A stretch of 64,000 bases of DNA from an uncultured Mesorhizobium sp. (GCA_964601795.1 CAZROU010000024.1:772-64771); one strand, 5' to 3'. Positions 28,653 to 41,508 are shown, counted from the first letter of the stretch. The notes: a model not told the origin generated them from the letters alone. Translations and numbers: made by a program.

Positions 28653-29105
28653 ATGAAACGCCTTGTTACAGGTCTACTGGCCTCTGTTCTTTCGGTTTCA
28701 TTTCTTGCCGTGAGCCCAATCGCCGTAGAGGCGGCACCGATCTATGTGCCGTATACACAACCTACCTCATCATCATTCAACGTACAGCCGGTCGACCATC
28801 GGCCATGGCAAAGACGCGGATTCTACCGTTCTCGCGATGGCGTATATTACAACGGCCATCGCGGCTATCGCGAATATCACCGCGGTTACCGCCGTCATGG
28901 TGACTTCTGGTTCCCGCTTGCTGCCTTTGCCACCGGCGCAATCATCGCCGGAGCCATAGCGAATGACGCGCCGCCTCCATATGCGGGCGGCAACGCCCAT
29001 GTGCGGTGGTGCTACGATCACTATCGGAGCTACCGGGCCTCCGACAACACATTTCAGCCTTATAACGGCCCGCGGCGGCGGCAGTGCTATTCGCCTTATC
29101 GCTAG
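28653..29105 (+). CDS. BA14K family protein
   Basis: Signal peptide, R/Y/H-rich segment, [39 protein letters not shown]. Confidence 0.93.
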   Translation: MKRLVTGLLASVLSVSFLAVSPIAVEAAPIYVPYTQPTSSSFNVQPVDHRPWQRRGFYRSRDGVYYNGHRGYREYHRGYRRHGDFWFPLAAFATGAIIAGAIANDAPPPYAGGNAHVRWCYDHYRSYRASDNTFQPYNGPRRRQCYSPYR

Positions 29106-29126
29106 TCGGCAGGGTTAGCTCCAAAA

Positions 29127-29160
29127 GAAAAGCCCGCTGGAGCGATCTAGCGGGCTTTTC
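29127..29160. terminator. Bidirectional intrinsic terminator between the BA14K gene and hppA
   Basis: GAAAAGCCCGCTGG-AGCGAT-CTAGCGGGCTTTTC inverted repeat. Confidence 0.8.
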
Positions 29161-29180
29161 TATTGACGAGACGTCTTGTC

Positions 29181-31322
29181 TTAGCTGTGAGCGAGAACCG
29201 CCAGCAGCAGAAGCGCCACGATGTTGGTGATCTTGATCGCCGGGTTGACGGCCGGACCAGCGGTATCCTTGTAGGGATCGCCGACGGTATCGCCCGTGAC
29301 CGAAGCCTTGTGTGCTTCAGAGCCCTTGAGATGCTTGACGCCGTCCTTGTCCGTGAAGCCGTCTTCGAACGACTTCTTGGCGTTGTCCCATGCGCCGCCG
29401 CCCGAGGTCATCGAGATGGCGACGAAAAGGCCGTTGACGATAACGCCGAGCAGCGAGGCGCCGAGCGCGGCAAAGGCAGAAGCCTTCGAGCCCGAGATCA
29501 GCAGCACGCCGAAGTAGACGACAAGCGGAGCAAGGACAGGCAAAAGCGACGGAATGATCATTTCCTTGATCGCTGCCTTGGTCAGAAGATCGACCGCACG
29601 TGCGTAGTTGGGCTTGGAAGTGCCCTGCATGATGCCCGGATCTTCACGGAACTGCTTGCGCACTTCCTCGACGATGGAGCCCGCTGCACGTCCGACAGCC
29701 GTCATGGCGATGCCGCCGAACAGGTACGGGATCAGGCCGCCGAAGATCAGGCCGGCGACAACATACGGGTTCGAAAGATCGAACGATACAGTGCCCATAT
29801 CAGCGAAGTACGGGTACTGCGCACCATTCGCGGCAAAGAACTGCAGATCGTTGGAATATGCAGCGAACAGCACCAGCGCGCCGAGGCCGGCAGAACCGAT
29901 GGCATAACCCTTGGTGACTGCCTTGGTGGTGTTGCCAACCGCGTCGAGCGCGTCTGTTGAATGACGCACTTCCTTGGGCAGGCCGGACATTTCGGCAATA
30001 CCGCCGGCATTGTCAGTCACCGGCCCGAAAGCGTCGAGCGCCACGATCATGCCGGCCAAGCCGAGCATGGTGGTGACGGCAATCGCCGTGCCGAACAAAC
30101 CTGCGAGCTGGAACGTGGCAATGATGCCACCGACAATGACGATGGCCGGCAGAGCGGTCGATTCCAGCGAAACCGCGAGGCCCTGGATGACATTGGTGCC
30201 GTGTCCCGTCACCGAAGCCTGAGCGATCGAGTTGACCGGGCGCTTGTTGGTGCCGGTATAGTACTCGGTGATCACCACGATCAATGCCGTGACCAAAAGG
30301 CCGATCAAGCCGCAGACAAACAGGTTGGTACCCGTCAAGGCGATGCCGTTGGCAGTACCAACGTCGCCCCAGCCGATCGTCAATTGGTTGGCAACGGCAA
30401 GACCACCCACCGACAGAATGCCGGTGACGATGAGGCCCTTGTAGAGAGCGCCCATGATCGAACCATTGGAGCCGAGCTTGACGAAGAAGGTGCCGATGAT
30501 CGAGGTCACGATGCAAACGCCGCAGATGACCAGCGGATAAAGCATCATTTCAGCGAGGTTCGGAGCTGCGCCAAAGAAGATGGCAGCCAGAACCATCGTC
30601 GCAACAACCGTCACCGCGTAGGTCTCGAACAGGTCCGCAGCCATGCCTGCGCAGTCGCCGACATTGTCGCCAACGTTGTCGGCGATGGTAGCCGGGTTGC
30701 GCGGATCATCTTCCGGGATACCTGCTTCGACCTTCCCGACGAGGTCGCCGCCGACGTCCGCACCCTTTGTGAAGATGCCACCGCCGAGACGAGCAAAGAT
30801 AGAGATCAGCGAAGCGCCGAAACCGAGCGCGACAAGAGCGTCGACAACCTCACGGCTGGCAGGCGCATGGCCGAGCGGGCCGGTAAGAACCCAATAGTAA
30901 ACCGACACGCCAAGCAGCGCGAGGCCAGCGACCAGCATGCCGGTAATGGCGCCCGACTTGAAAGCGATGTCCAGGCCTGCAGCGAGGCTGTTGGAAGCAG
31001 CCTGTGCGGTGCGTACATTGGCACGGACCGAGACATGCATGCCGATGAAGCCGGCAGCGCCCGACAAGACCGCGCCAATCAAGAAACCGAATGCAGCGGT
31101 TGCCGAAAGCAGCCACCAAGCCAGAATAAATACAACGACGCCAACGATGGCGATGGTGGTGTACTGGCGCGCCAGGTAGGCTTGGGCGCCTTCGCGGATG
31201 GCCGCGGAGATTTCCTGCATGCGTGCATTGCCCTGGTCGGAAGCTAGTACCGACTGTGTCGCCCAGATGGCGTATAGGACAGAGAGCAGACCGCAGGCGA
31301 TGACGACGTAGAGCATGGTCAT
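29181..31322 (-). CDS. hppA: Membrane H+-translocating pyrophosphatase (K+-independent type)
   Basis: [36 protein letters not shown] has Lys at the K+-dependence determinant. Confidence 0.96.
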   Translation of the reverse strand: MTMLYVVIACGLLSVLYAIWATQSVLASDQGNARMQEISAAIREGAQAYLARQYTTIAIVGVVVFILAWWLLSATAAFGFLIGAVLSGAAGFIGMHVSVRANVRTAQAASNSLAAGLDIAFKSGAITGMLVAGLALLGVSVYYWVLTGPLGHAPASREVVDALVALGFGASLISIFARLGGGIFTKGADVGGDLVGKVEAGIPEDDPRNPATIADNVGDNVGDCAGMAADLFETYAVTVVATMVLAAIFFGAAPNLAEMMLYPLVICGVCIVTSIIGTFFVKLGSNGSIMGALYKGLIVTGILSVGGLAVANQLTIGWGDVGTANGIALTGTNLFVCGLIGLLVTALIVVITEYYTGTNKRPVNSIAQASVTGHGTNVIQGLAVSLESTALPAIVIVGGIIATFQLAGLFGTAIAVTTMLGLAGMIVALDAFGPVTDNAGGIAEMSGLPKEVRHSTDALDAVGNTTKAVTKGYAIGSAGLGALVLFAAYSNDLQFFAANGAQYPYFADMGTVSFDLSNPYVVAGLIFGGLIPYLFGGIAMTAVGRAAGSIVEEVRKQFREDPGIMQGTSKPNYARAVDLLTKAAIKEMIIPSLLPVLAPLVVYFGVLLISGSKASAFAALGASLLGVIVNGLFVAISMTSGGGAWDNAKKSFEDGFTDKDGVKHLKGSEAHKASVTGDTVGDPYKDTAGPAVNPAIKITNIVALLLLAVLAHS

Positions 31323-31573
31323 GCCGGATTTTCCTCGAGTGATGGCCCGAAAGAACCCCCCTCCGGGCCGATGGAGACGAAACCGGACCCGGTTGCGGAA
31401 TCCGATCGTTCGCAGCGGCTTATGCGAAACAGGTAAACGAACGTCAAGATATTGTTCGGTTTTTGCCCCGTTTTCGCCCTAAAGGATAAGATATCGGCGA
31501 TGCATTTCGCGCCGTCGACCAATTTTATCGATTGAAACTAGTGACCTGTTTGGCAAACGCCGCGAACCGTCCA

Positions 31574-32782
31574 TCAAGCAGGCTGCCGGCGAGTGCTCTG
31601 AAGCAAGCCGAGCAAGACCAGGCACAGAAATGCTACGGGCAGGACAACCCAGGCGAGCATGTTCCAACCCCAGGCATTATAGACGGCACCGGACATCAGT
31701 GATGCGAAGGCGACGCTGGAAAACAGCACAAAGTCGTGAAAACCTTGCGTCTTGCCCTTCTCTTCAGGCCGATAGCACTCGGCCACCATAGCTGTCGAGC
31801 CAATGAAGCCGAAGTTCCAGCCTAGCCCGAGCAGGATCAGCGCGACCCAGAATTGCCAGAGTTGAATACCCGACAACGCCACTACGCCGCAGCCGATCAG
31901 CAAAGCGAAACCCACCGCAACGATGGTCGGAGCACCGAACCGATGGATCAAGCGACCGGTAAAGAAGCTTGGCGCAAACATCGCCATGACGTGCCATGAG
32001 ATACCAAGCGTCGCCTCGTCGGAGGTAAAGCCGCAGCCAACCATCGCGAGCGGCGCGCCCGTCATGACGAAAGTCATCAGCGCATAGGAGCCGACTGCAC
32101 ACAATAAGGAGACCGCAAAGCGCGGCTGGGTAACGATCTCGCCCAGTGAGCGGCCTGTATCCGCTGCGGCCTTCGCAGTATGTGCGGTGGAGTCGTTCCG
32201 AAGAAAAGCAAGGATAATGCCCCCAATGCCAGCTAGAATGATGAGTGCTGCGAATGCGCCGGCAAACATGACCGGGGCAAGAAGATCCTTGGTGAAAATG
32301 ACGACCTGAGGTCCGAGCACCGCGGTGAAAACGCCGCCCGCCAGAACGAAAGAAATGGCGCGCGCCTTGAATTCGGGTGGCGCATTGTCGGCCGCAGCAA
32401 AGCGGAACTGCTGGACGAATGCCCCGCCAGCCCCGACCAGCAGCAAGCCGAATGCAAAACCCCAGAAACTGGATTGGAACAACGCGATCGTCGCTGCAAG
32501 TGCACCCAGTGCGGTAATGCCGGTGCCGGTCAAAAAGCCGTCACGCTGACCGAGCCTGCGGATAATCGCCGCTGCCGGCAGCGCGCCCAGAGCCACGCCG
32601 ACGTTGTAGCCCGTCAGTGGGGCCGTCGCCAAAGATTTGTCCGTACCAAGCATGTAGTGCCCGGCAAGCGCGCCGAGCGCGAAACAGATCGGCCCCGCCG
32701 ACCCGATGATCGCCTGTGCCGCTGCAAGAATAATGGCTGTACGCCGCGCTTCCCGCTCGGCTTCAGCGTGCTCGATTGTCAT
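31574..32782 (-). CDS. MFS transporter
   Basis: About 12 [36 protein letters not shown]. Confidence 0.88.
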   Translation of the reverse strand: MTIEHAEAEREARRTAIILAAAQAIIGSAGPICFALGALAGHYMLGTDKSLATAPLTGYNVGVALGALPAAAIIRRLGQRDGFLTGTGITALGALAATIALFQSSFWGFAFGLLLVGAGGAFVQQFRFAAADNAPPEFKARAISFVLAGGVFTAVLGPQVVIFTKDLLAPVMFAGAFAALIILAGIGGIILAFLRNDSTAHTAKAAADTGRSLGEIVTQPRFAVSLLCAVGSYALMTFVMTGAPLAMVGCGFTSDEATLGISWHVMAMFAPSFFTGRLIHRFGAPTIVAVGFALLIGCGVVALSGIQLWQFWVALILLGLGWNFGFIGSTAMVAECYRPEEKGKTQGFHDFVLFSSVAFASLMSGAVYNAWGWNMLAWVVLPVAFLCLVLLGLLQSTRRQPA

Positions 32783-33285
32783 GAAAATTCCTTACCTTTG
32801 CCCCGTCCCTCGCCGCGCACCCGGCGCGACACGCGGTCCAATACCGCGTTGACGAGCTTTGGCTCGTCCTCATCATAGAACGCTTTGGCAATATCAATAT
32901 ATTCCGAGACAATGACGGCGACAGGAACTTCCTCGCGCCGCATCAACTCGTAGGTGCCCGCGCGAAGGATTGCGCGCAGCGTGGAATCGAGGCGCGACAG
33001 CGGCCAGTCTTCAGTCAACGCCTGCCGGATGATGGGGTCGAGCGTCTTCTGGTTTTCCACGACACCGGCCAGTATGCCACGAAACCACTGCGCATCCGCC
33101 TCGCGGTAAAGCGCGCCGTCAACTTCCTTGCCAAGCCGGAAGGCTTCATATTCCGCGGTGATTTCCAGCAGGCCGCTACCGGCGACATCCATCTGGTAAA
33201 GCGCTTGCACTGCCGCGAGGCGCGCGGCGCCGCGCTTGTTGGCTTGTCGTACCGGCGGCTGGCCGCTGCCCGTTGGATCAGTCAC
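32779..33285 (-). CDS. nusB: Transcription antitermination factor NusB
   Basis: [28 protein letters not shown]. Confidence 0.96.
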   Translation of the reverse strand: MTDPTGSGQPPVRQANKRGAARLAAVQALYQMDVAGSGLLEITAEYEAFRLGKEVDGALYREADAQWFRGILAGVVENQKTLDPIIRQALTEDWPLSRLDSTLRAILRAGTYELMRREEVPVAVIVSEYIDIAKAFYDEDEPKLVNAVLDRVSRRVRGEGRGKGKEFS

Positions 33286-33290
33286 GTCGT

Positions 33291-33746
33291 TCAGGCTCCG
33301 AGTTGCGCGCGAAGAGAAATCATGGTCAGGGCCGCACGCACTGCGAATCCACCCTTGTCGCCTTCGCTACGTTTGGCGCGCGCCCAGGCTTGCTTCTCGT
33401 TCTCCGTCGTCAGGATGCCGTTGCCGACACAAATCGCTTCCTGCACCGACAGGTCCATGAGGGCGCGCGCCGATTCGTTGGCAACGATATCGAAATGATG
33501 CGTCTCCCCGCGGATCACAGTACCCAGCGCCACGTAGCCGTCATAGCCCTTGCCGCCGGATGCTTCCGCATCAAGCGCAAACGAGATCACGGCGGGGATT
33601 TCCAGCGCGCCGGGAACGGTGACGACGTCGTACTTGGCGCCGGCGTCCTCAAGGGCAGCCTTTGCGCCATCAAGCAGCGCGTCCGCGAGGTCGTCGTAGA
33701 AGCGCGCCTCGATGATCAGAAGCTTGAGTTTCTTGTCCTTGGCCAT
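33291..33746 (-). CDS. ribH: 6,7-dimethyl-8-ribityllumazine synthase
   Basis: [29 protein letters not shown]. Confidence 0.96.
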   Translation of the reverse strand: MAKDKKLKLLIIEARFYDDLADALLDGAKAALEDAGAKYDVVTVPGALEIPAVISFALDAEASGGKGYDGYVALGTVIRGETHHFDIVANESARALMDLSVQEAICVGNGILTTENEKQAWARAKRSEGDKGGFAVRAALTMISLRAQLGA

Positions 33747-33842
33747 GTCTTTGCGTCTCCGGAGGAGCCGGTCAATTAGGCCGAAGCGCGACTGTCCGCA
33801 AGCCTTGGAAACTTTCTATCGGGTAATCACGCGCAGTTGCAG

Positions 33843-34460
33843 TTACAGACCCTGCGCGGATGCCTCCATAAGGCGAGCCGCGTAACGCGCCATGGTGTCG
33901 ACCTCCAGGTTGACGCTGTCGCCAACCTTGCGCTCCCCCCAGGTGGTGACCGCCAGCGAATGATGGATCAGAAGTACGTCGAAACGTGTGCCCTCCACCT
34001 TGTTGACGGTGAGCGAAGTGCCGTCCAAGGCAATCGACCCTTTCGGCGCGATGAATTTGGCCAATCCGGGCGGTGCATCCAGCGTAAATCGCACCGCATC
34101 GCCCTCGTCCTGTCGCGCCACGATCCCCGCCATGCCGTCCACGTGTCCGGAAACGATGTGGCCGCCCAGTTCGTCGCCAATCTTGAGCGCGCGTTCGAGA
34201 TTGATGCGGCTACCGATTTGCCAGGCAGATGCTGTCGTCAACCGCAGCGCCTCCTCCCATGCCTCGACCTCGAACCAACGCGCGTCTGTCTTTGTCTCAG
34301 GCAAGGCAGTAACGGTAAGACAGACACCCGAGCATGCAATCGAGGCTCCAATGGCGATGGTTTCGGGATCGTAGGTCGTTTCGATACGCAGGCCGACGCC
34401 CTTCCTCAGCGGCTTGATCGCCGCAACCGTGCCCACGTCGGTGACGATACCCGTAAACAT
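33843..34460 (-). CDS. ribE: Riboflavin synthase alpha chain
   Basis: MFTGIV, GASIACSGVCLTV, GGHIVSGHVD. Confidence 0.96.
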   Translation of the reverse strand: MFTGIVTDVGTVAAIKPLRKGVGLRIETTYDPETIAIGASIACSGVCLTVTALPETKTDARWFEVEAWEEALRLTTASAWQIGSRINLERALKIGDELGGHIVSGHVDGMAGIVARQDEGDAVRFTLDAPPGLAKFIAPKGSIALDGTSLTVNKVEGTRFDVLLIHHSLAVTTWGERKVGDSVNLEVDTMARYAARLMEASAQGL

Positions 34461-35584
34461 CAATAACCTCTTACCCACTCGGCGTAGCTATCCTCGCCAA
34501 GGCGCATCTCACGCAATTTGTGGAAACCCTGCGGTATATGGTCAGGATCGATCGGCGCCGCAATTCCGTTCGGTCCGATCTCGCGGGGTCCGTGAAATAG
34601 TACGATACGGTCAACAAGTCCGTCGCCCAGGAAAGAACGCGCAACCGCGGCACCGCCTTCGACGAGGACACTGGCCATACCGAGAGCAGCCAGATCTTCC
34701 ATCAACTCCGGCAATGCTATCTGACCATCATGCATTTCGACGCCGATGAAGCGTACACCACGACGCTCCAGAGTTGCCCTCCGATGTGGGGCCGCCGACA
34801 CGTCGGAAGCAATGTAGAGCGGCACGCGGTCCGCATCGGCCACTAGCTTCGACGTTTCCGGCAAGCGTATTTCGCGATCGAGCACGATGCGGGCCGGCGA
34901 GCGGTTCTCCAGGCCAGGCAGACGAGCGGTGAGCGCCGGATCGTCCTCCAATGCCGTGCCGATACCGATCAGGACAGCGTCGGCTTCCGCTCGAAGAAGA
35001 TGCACCTCGCGTCTCGCCGCTTCACCGGTGATCGCGACCTGGCCCTGCCCGGCAGCGCCGATCTTTCCATCAGACGAAATCGCAAGCTTTAGAATAACCT
35101 CCGGTCTCTTTCTCAATGACCGGATCAAATAACCAGCCATCTGATCGGAGGCCTGCGCCGAGAGCAGGCGTTCGACCACCTCTATGCCTGCTTCGCGCAG
35201 GATCGCATATCCTTTGCCGGAGACCCGGGTATCCGGATCGCTGGCTGCACCTACCACGCGCGCGATCCCGGCATTGACCAAGGCATTTGCACATGGCGGC
35301 GTGCGGCCATGATGCGCGCAAGGCTCAAGCGTAACGTAGGCCGTGGCCCCGCGCGCCAGTTCGCCCGCCTGGGCCAGGGCTTCGGCTTCAGCGTGAGGGC
35401 GTCCACCGACAGCGGTAATGCCCGTCCCGACAATCATAGGGCCCGTACCATCGTCACGCACGATGATGGTACCGACAGCCGGGTTGGTCGAGGTGCGACC
35501 GGCATTGCGCCGCGACAGGCGGAGTGCCGCCGCCATATAGCGGCGATCAAGCCTCGCCTGCCTGGTCATTGCCGGGTCATCCAT
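34460..35584 (-). CDS. ribD: Bifunctional riboflavin deaminase/reductase
   Basis: HAE, TLEPCAHHGRTPPC, LVEGG. Confidence 0.96.
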   Translation of the reverse strand: MDDPAMTRQARLDRRYMAAALRLSRRNAGRTSTNPAVGTIIVRDDGTGPMIVGTGITAVGGRPHAEAEALAQAGELARGATAYVTLEPCAHHGRTPPCANALVNAGIARVVGAASDPDTRVSGKGYAILREAGIEVVERLLSAQASDQMAGYLIRSLRKRPEVILKLAISSDGKIGAAGQGQVAITGEAARREVHLLRAEADAVLIGIGTALEDDPALTARLPGLENRSPARIVLDREIRLPETSKLVADADRVPLYIASDVSAAPHRRATLERRGVRFIGVEMHDGQIALPELMEDLAALGMASVLVEGGAAVARSFLGDGLVDRIVLFHGPREIGPNGIAAPIDPDHIPQGFHKLREMRLGEDSYAEWVRGY

Positions 35585-35587
35585 TAC

Positions 35588-36052
35588 TCAACCACCGTCC
35601 TCGTCACCCTTCAATTCGCCAAGAACCTCATGAAAGTCCTTCGCTTCCCGAAAGTTGCGATAAACGGATGCGAAGCGCACATAAGCGACGTCATCAAGCG
35701 ACTTGAGCGCCTCCATGACCAGCCTGCCCACCTCCGCCGATGGGATTTCCGTTTCACCCGAGCTTTCAAGCTGGCGCACGATACCGGTCACGGCGCGGTC
35801 GATGCGCTCTGGATCAACGTTGCGCTTGCGAACGGCAATCTCGACCGAGCGCAAGAGCTTGTCGCGATCGAAGGGCACTTTGCGGCCAGATTTCTTGACC
35901 ACGACGAGGTCGCGCAACTGTACCCTTTCGAAAGTCGTGAAGCGACCGCCGCAGTCCGGACACACCCGCCGCCTGCGGATGGCCGAACCATCCTCTGCGG
36001 GTCGGGAATCCTTCACCTGCGTATCTTCGGACTGGCAATAGGGACAGCGCAT
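35588..36052 (-). CDS. nrdR: Transcriptional repressor NrdR
   Basis: MRCPYC...[28 protein letters not shown]. Confidence 0.97.
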   Translation of the reverse strand: MRCPYCQSEDTQVKDSRPAEDGSAIRRRRVCPDCGGRFTTFERVQLRDLVVVKKSGRKVPFDRDKLLRSVEIAVRKRNVDPERIDRAVTGIVRQLESSGETEIPSAEVGRLVMEALKSLDDVAYVRFASVYRNFREAKDFHEVLGELKGDEDGG

Positions 36053-36177
36053 ATGAAGCCTTTGCTACGCGATTCTGATTGCGTGAAAGGCTAGAGTGTT
36101 TTGCTGCAACGGCAAAGACAGCACAGCCCCGCTCCCCACAGATAGCGAGGCTGCACCCGAATTTCTATTCCCGTGGT

Positions 36178-37491
36178 TTATCCAAGATATGGATACAGCG
36201 GGAAGCGCTCGGTCAGAGCCACGACCTTCTTCTGAACGGCCGCCTCGACTGCGGCATTGCCTTCGTCAGAGTTTGCGGCTTTCAACCCGTCGAGTACCTC
36301 GGCAATGAACTTGCCGATTTCACGGAATTCGGCCTGACCGAAGCCGCGTGTGGTGCCTGCCGGTGTGCCGAGGCGAACGCCGGAGGTGACAAACGGCTTT
36401 TCCGGATCGAAGGGGATGCCGTTCTTGTTGCAGGTGATGTTGGCGCGCCCCAAGGCTGCCTCGGCGCGCTTGCCGGTGGCATTCTTCGGCCGCAGATCGA
36501 CGAGCATCAAGTGGTTGTCCGTACCGCCCGAAACGATGTCGAGGCCCGTTTCCTTGAGGCTGGATGCCAGAGCCTTGGCGTTGTCCGCAACGTTCTGGGC
36601 GTAAACCTTGAAGCTCGGCTTCAGCGCCTCGCCGAACGCGACGGCCTTGGCGGCAATGACGTGCATCAGCGGACCACCCTGCAAGCCCGGAAACACAGCC
36701 GAATTCATCTTCTTGGCGATGTCCTCGTCATTGGTGAGGATCATGCCGCCGCGGGGGCCGCGAAGCGATTTGTGGGTAGTAGTCGTCACCACATGGGCAT
36801 GCGGCAAAGGCGAAGGATGCACGCCGCCGGCAACGAGGCCGGCGATATGCGCCATATCGACCATCAGGTAAGCACCAATGGAATCAGCTATTTCGCGGAA
36901 TCTCTTCCAGTCCCAGATGCGTGAGTAGGCGGTGCCTCCGGCCAGGATCAGCTTCGGCTTGTGCTGCTGCGCCAACTTTTCGATTTCGTCCATGTCCAGC
37001 AGGTGATCGTCCTTACGCACGCCGTAGGAGACGACCTTGAACCACTTGCCGCTCATGTTGACCGGCGAGCCGTGGGTAAGGTGCCCGCCCGAGTTGAGAT
37101 CGAGGCCCATGAAGGTGTCGCCCGGCTGCAATAGCGCCAGGAAAACGGCCTGGTTCATCTGGCTGCCGGAGTTCGGCTGAACATTGGCAAAGTTGCAGCC
37201 GAACAGCTTCTTGGCGCGCTCGATGGCAAGCTCTTCGGCAACGTCTACGAACTGGCAACCACCATAGTAGCGCTTGCCCGGATAACCCTCGGCATACTTG
37301 TTGGTCATGATCGAGCCTTGCGCTTCCAGAACGGCGCGCGAGACGATGTTTTCCGAGGCAATCAACTCGATTTCGTGGCGCTGGCGGCCAAGCTCATTGC
37401 GGATCGAGCCGAAGATTTCCGGATCGGCTTCAGAGAGCGGCGTTTCGAAGAAAGAATTGAGTTGGCTGGAGGCGGCCGACTGTGTTGCCAT
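36178..37491 (-). CDS. glyA: Serine hydroxymethyltransferase
   Basis: [36 protein letters not shown]. Confidence 0.98.
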   Translation of the reverse strand: MATQSAASSQLNSFFETPLSEADPEIFGSIRNELGRQRHEIELIASENIVSRAVLEAQGSIMTNKYAEGYPGKRYYGGCQFVDVAEELAIERAKKLFGCNFANVQPNSGSQMNQAVFLALLQPGDTFMGLDLNSGGHLTHGSPVNMSGKWFKVVSYGVRKDDHLLDMDEIEKLAQQHKPKLILAGGTAYSRIWDWKRFREIADSIGAYLMVDMAHIAGLVAGGVHPSPLPHAHVVTTTTHKSLRGPRGGMILTNDEDIAKKMNSAVFPGLQGGPLMHVIAAKAVAFGEALKPSFKVYAQNVADNAKALASSLKETGLDIVSGGTDNHLMLVDLRPKNATGKRAEAALGRANITCNKNGIPFDPEKPFVTSGVRLGTPAGTTRGFGQAEFREIGKFIAEVLDGLKAANSDEGNAAVEAAVQKKVVALTERFPLYPYLG

Positions 37492-37658
37492 GGCGTGAAA
37501 CTTCCTTGCTGCAAAGGTCTGCGCGCCATTAACATACTTGCCTTGCGGTCGCCACGTGCGCGTGGCGAAATTTGCTGGCCCGATTGCGGCAATGCGTCGC
37601 CAGGAAGGAAAAAGGCCGCCCTGGCGGACGGCCCTTTTGAATTGCCAAGCGGCGATCG

Positions 37659-38927
37659 TTAAAGCGAGGATGTGATCTGCAACTCGTCCACGCCGTCCCA
37701 GCCGTAGACGTCGTCGCGGAACTGGGCCACCCCGTCGCCGGTCGACCAGGCTGAAACGTAAAGGAAGTGGACCGGCACAGGATTTGTGACAGCGACCGGC
37801 TGAGACTCGCCGGTCTTGATCGCCGCCTCGAAATGCTGGCGATCCCAACCGGGCGTGTCACGCAAAATCCAGGTCACGAGATCACGTACGTTCTGTACGC
37901 GCACGCAGCCCGAGGAGTCGAAGCGCATCAGCTTACCGAACAAGCTCTGCTGCGGCGTATCATGCATGTAAACGCCATCCGGGCTCGGGAAGTTGATCTT
38001 GACCGAAGCCATGGCATTTCCGCTGCCCGGATCCTGGCGGAATCGGTACTTTGCGGCTTCTTCCGTCGACCAGTCGATGGTCATCGGATCGACTTCGCTC
38101 CCGTCCGGCGCGAAAAGCCGGATGTTGCTGTTCTTGAGGTAGTCGGGGTCCTTGCGCATCAACGGAATGATGTCCTTGCGCACGATGGAAACCGGAGCAT
38201 TCCAATATGGATTGACGATGATCTCGTTGATCCTGGAATTGACGATCGGCGTCTGGCGATCGATCTTGCCGACGATTGCGGTATGACGCAGCACGACGCG
38301 CCCGTTCTCCACCGCCTCGATCTGCGCGGCGGGGATGTTGACGAGCACGTAGCGGTCGCCGAGCGTACCCACCTTTTCGCGCAGCCGGCCGAGGTTGGTT
38401 TCCAACTGCCCGAGGCGAGTCTGTGCGGCAACATTCATCGCCAGATAGGAATATTTGCCGAGTACACCGTCTTCCGGCAATCCGTGGCGGGCCTGGAAGC
38501 GCTTGACTGCAGCATCGACGTAAGAATCGAAGGACTCCGACAGGCCCGCGCTCTGCGGCAGGTCACCGGACACCATCAGGCGCCTGCGCAATGGAACGAC
38601 GTCGGGGTCGATGACACCAAGCTTCAGCTTCTTGGTCGCCGGCACCTGTTCCCAACCACCACGCGAAACGATGCCCTGATATTGAGCGATCGCCTGCTCG
38701 GTGTATGAAATTGTCTGGGGGCTAAAGATGGGCAGCGTCGACGCCACCTTGCCGCGGCCTGTAGCACGAGCGTCGAAAGTGTCGTCCCAGTTACCGCGAC
38801 CGGCAGCCTTCAGGATATCGTCAACGACGTTTTGCGCACTGGCGCTGCCAGCGACTATGGAAGCTGCGAGCGCGGAAGCTCCGGACAAAAACAAACGGCG
38901 GCTGGTTCTCATGGGCGTTCCAGACAT
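37659..38927 (-). CDS. L,D-transpeptidase (YcbB-like) with peptidoglycan-binding domain and Tat-like signal
   Basis: SRRLFL signal, [17 protein letters not shown]...SSGCVRV. Confidence 0.9.
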   Translation of the reverse strand: MSGTPMRTSRRLFLSGASALAASIVAGSASAQNVVDDILKAAGRGNWDDTFDARATGRGKVASTLPIFSPQTISYTEQAIAQYQGIVSRGGWEQVPATKKLKLGVIDPDVVPLRRRLMVSGDLPQSAGLSESFDSYVDAAVKRFQARHGLPEDGVLGKYSYLAMNVAAQTRLGQLETNLGRLREKVGTLGDRYVLVNIPAAQIEAVENGRVVLRHTAIVGKIDRQTPIVNSRINEIIVNPYWNAPVSIVRKDIIPLMRKDPDYLKNSNIRLFAPDGSEVDPMTIDWSTEEAAKYRFRQDPGSGNAMASVKINFPSPDGVYMHDTPQQSLFGKLMRFDSSGCVRVQNVRDLVTWILRDTPGWDRQHFEAAIKTGESQPVAVTNPVPVHFLYVSAWSTGDGVAQFRDDVYGWDGVDELQITSSL

Positions 38928-39156
38928 TCTTCCAGTCAATGTTCAGGCGATACGGGTCGGCACTCTAGGCTGGCCGAACTTAATAATTCGCCAACCATGC
39001 CGGCATCACATCGGCGTGAAAAAACGCACCGCGCCGAAACAGGTTCCAGATGGGCAGAAGCATTCCCGCTCCTGCCTTACTCGTCTTTCGCTTTCATTTG
39101 AATATGGCGGCAACGTGGCGCAGCGCCCAATCAATCCAGTCGCCAAAGCACAAATA

Positions 39157-39190
39157 ACAAGGCCAGTGCTTTTTGGGCACCGGCCTTGTT
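39157..39190. terminator. Stem-loop downstream of ldtR
   Basis: AACAAGGCC...GGCCTTGTT inverted repeat. Confidence 0.5.
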
Positions 39191-39227
39191 GCTTCCTGTC
39201 ACTTGCGCCTACGGGCGCATCAAATGC

Positions 39228-39743
39228 CTACATGCGATAGGCGATGGTGTCGTTCCAGAACCTGTCGAGACGCTGTAAGGCGCGGTTCATCTGCTTAAAC
39301 TCATCGGTGTTGATGCCGCCCACTTGCTCGATGGAGCCAACGTGGCGTTCGTAAAGGCCTGCCACAACTTCAGCGACTTCAGACCCCTTGTCCGTCAAGC
39401 TGACGCGGACCGAACGGCGGTCGATGCGCGAGCGTTGGTGGTTGATGAAGCCAAGATCGACCAGCTTCTTCAGATTGTAGGAGACGTTGGAGCCGAGGTA
39501 GTAACCACGCGAGCGCAACTCACCTGCAGTCAATTCCGCGTTGCCGATGTTGAATAAAAGCAACGCCTGGATAGCGTTGATGTCGGAACGGCCGTTGCGA
39601 TCGAACTCATCCTTGATGACGTCAAGAAGACGGCGGTGCAACCGCTCGACGAGCTGGAGCGATTCCATGTAAAGCGAGCGGATCGCCTCGCGGCGGTCGT
39701 CGGATACGTTTGCGGACTTCGCCGCAGGACGCGGGTTGTTCAT
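39228..39743 (-). CDS. ldtR: MarR-family regulator LdtR
   Basis: VERLHRRLLDVIKDEFDR...RGYYLGSNVSYNLKKL; upstream of the L,D-transpeptidase gene. Confidence 0.9.
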   Translation of the reverse strand: MNNPRPAAKSANVSDDRREAIRSLYMESLQLVERLHRRLLDVIKDEFDRNGRSDINAIQALLLFNIGNAELTAGELRSRGYYLGSNVSYNLKKLVDLGFINHQRSRIDRRSVRVSLTDKGSEVAEVVAGLYERHVGSIEQVGGINTDEFKQMNRALQRLDRFWNDTIAYRM

Positions 39744-39944
39744 TGTCTTTGCCTCTCGTTTGTCGCCCGGTGATTTTTTGTTTTTGTCACCTTGGGACCG
39801 ACACTATCGAATACTCATAAAATTCGACTTAAACGCCAAGGCTAACAAGAGCTTACCGGTAACAGGTCGCTAAGAGGCTTAATGAATGGTCACGCTCATT
39901 CTGAAAGTTAACCTAAACATTTACTGAACGCGCAGAGACCCAAT

Positions 39945-40367
39945 CTACCGAGTTTGCTGCCGCTTTTGCATGTGCATAACCAGTCTCAGCACAATGTAGA
40001 TCAACGCCACGACGCCGTGAACAAATACGATCGGCCAACGCTCACCGAAATATTGCGATAAGCCGACATACATTGCGATTTCCGAAGCCGCGCACAAAAA
40101 CCAGATAACAGGCGCCCAGGGCGCAAGCATCCAAAGGCCAGCGGCCGCGAATGGAAAAAGCACTGCAAGCGCGGAGGCAGCGATCTGCCAATGAACGGGC
40201 ATCAGGTCGAAACGGAACAAGGTTCCGGGATAAAATCCGATCAACCTGGTCCAGTATAGAACGCCGAAAAGAAGGCAGTAAGCCGCAACGACGCGCATGA
40301 ACCATGTGAAGATGGCTTCGGTGGCGGTCGGCTGAAGGGCTGGCCGTCTCGAAACGCTGTCGCTCAC
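39945..40367 (-). CDS. Membrane protein (DUF6163-like)
   Basis: 4 TM; GLWMLAPWAPVIW; overlaps the upstream stop. Confidence 0.65.
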   Translation of the reverse strand: MSDSVSRRPALQPTATEAIFTWFMRVVAAYCLLFGVLYWTRLIGFYPGTLFRFDLMPVHWQIAASALAVLFPFAAAGLWMLAPWAPVIWFLCAASEIAMYVGLSQYFGERWPIVFVHGVVALIYIVLRLVMHMQKRQQTR

Positions 40368-41407
40368 AGGATCAATTCCTGCCCGCCCAGAGAAGCAAAA
40401 TAGGCTTCAACGGTATCCTCGCTTACCTCTTCCAGCTTAGCAGGCTGCCACACAGGCACTGAGCCCTTGTCGATAAGGGCGGCACGGATACCTTCATAAA
40501 AGTCGTGTCCGGCCAACATGCGGTTGAGGATGCGAAACTCCATGCGCATGCAATCGTCCATTGACAGTTTCGCCCCTGCCCTGATCTGCCGCCAGGCGAC
40601 TTTGAGGCTGGTCGGCGAGCGCGACAGGATCGTAGCCAATGTCTTGGCGGCGAATTCGTCGGACGCGGCTGCCTGTTCGAGGCTCACTAGTATGGCATCC
40701 AACGAACTGGCGGAGAAATGCCGGTGGATGGACGCAAGCGTTGCCGCATCGGTTTCGGCGGCAGCGGATGCATGAAAACGGGCCAGCACCTTGTTCGGCT
40801 CCCCACTCTCGACCAGTGCGTTGAAGAGTTCCGCCTGTTCCGCGGACTTGATCGTATGCGTGGCCAAGCCGCAGGCCAGCGCGTCGCCATACCTGATGCG
40901 GTTTCCGGTGAGGCCTAGGTACATTCCGAAACTATCGGCAAGGCGAGGCAGGATGTGGCTGCCCCCGACATCGGGGAAGAAGCCGATACCGACCTCCGGC
41001 ATAGCGAACACCGCATTTTCGGTCAGGACGCGATGGGAACCATGAAATGAAACTCCAAAGCCGCCACCCATGACAATGCCGTCGATAAGCGCGACGTACG
41101 GTTTGCCGAAATCGGCGATCCGGGCATTAAGCCGGTATTCGTCGGCGAAGAATTCGACCGGGAGTTTCCCGGCCTTGCCGGCTTCGTAGACCTGAAGAAT
41201 GTCCCCGCCCGCCGAGAACGCCCTGCCCTCGCCCCGGATCACGACAAGCCGAATACGATCATCGTCGTGCCATGCTTCCAAGGCTTTGGCGAGCGCACGG
41301 ATCATCTTGTGGGTGACCGCATTAAGGGCCTTGGGCCGATTCAGCGTGACGACCCCTGCCCGCCCCTCGACCTCAAAACGGATCTCATCGCCGCCGCCAA
41401 AGTCCAT
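40364..41407 (-). CDS. Enoyl-CoA hydratase/3-hydroxyisobutyryl-CoA hydrolase family
   Basis: LNRPKALNA, AFSAGGD, GIVMGGG, AMPEVGIGFFPDVG, DFYEGIRA. Confidence 0.92.
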   Translation of the reverse strand: MDFGGGDEIRFEVEGRAGVVTLNRPKALNAVTHKMIRALAKALEAWHDDDRIRLVVIRGEGRAFSAGGDILQVYEAGKAGKLPVEFFADEYRLNARIADFGKPYVALIDGIVMGGGFGVSFHGSHRVLTENAVFAMPEVGIGFFPDVGGSHILPRLADSFGMYLGLTGNRIRYGDALACGLATHTIKSAEQAELFNALVESGEPNKVLARFHASAAAETDAATLASIHRHFSASSLDAILVSLEQAAASDEFAAKTLATILSRSPTSLKVAWRQIRAGAKLSMDDCMRMEFRILNRMLAGHDFYEGIRAALIDKGSVPVWQPAKLEEVSEDTVEAYFASLGGQELIL

Positions 41408-41508
41408 TTACAGCGATTCCCCATCACCAGCATTGCCTCGAAAGTGCTAAGGGTGGGACACGGATGCGTCAATGGCGGCCCCGCATCGCAGCACGCTAAG
41501 AGGCAAGA

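Noticed and set aside
29163..31247. Long plus-strand ORFs (265 and 428 aa) opposite hppA
   Set aside because: Antisense shadows typical of GC-rich coding DNA; no motifs.
39828..39925. CtrA-like TTAA-N7-TTAA sites upstream of ldtR (similar at about 6362-6383)
   Set aside because: Only degenerate half matches; not supportable without a PWM scan.
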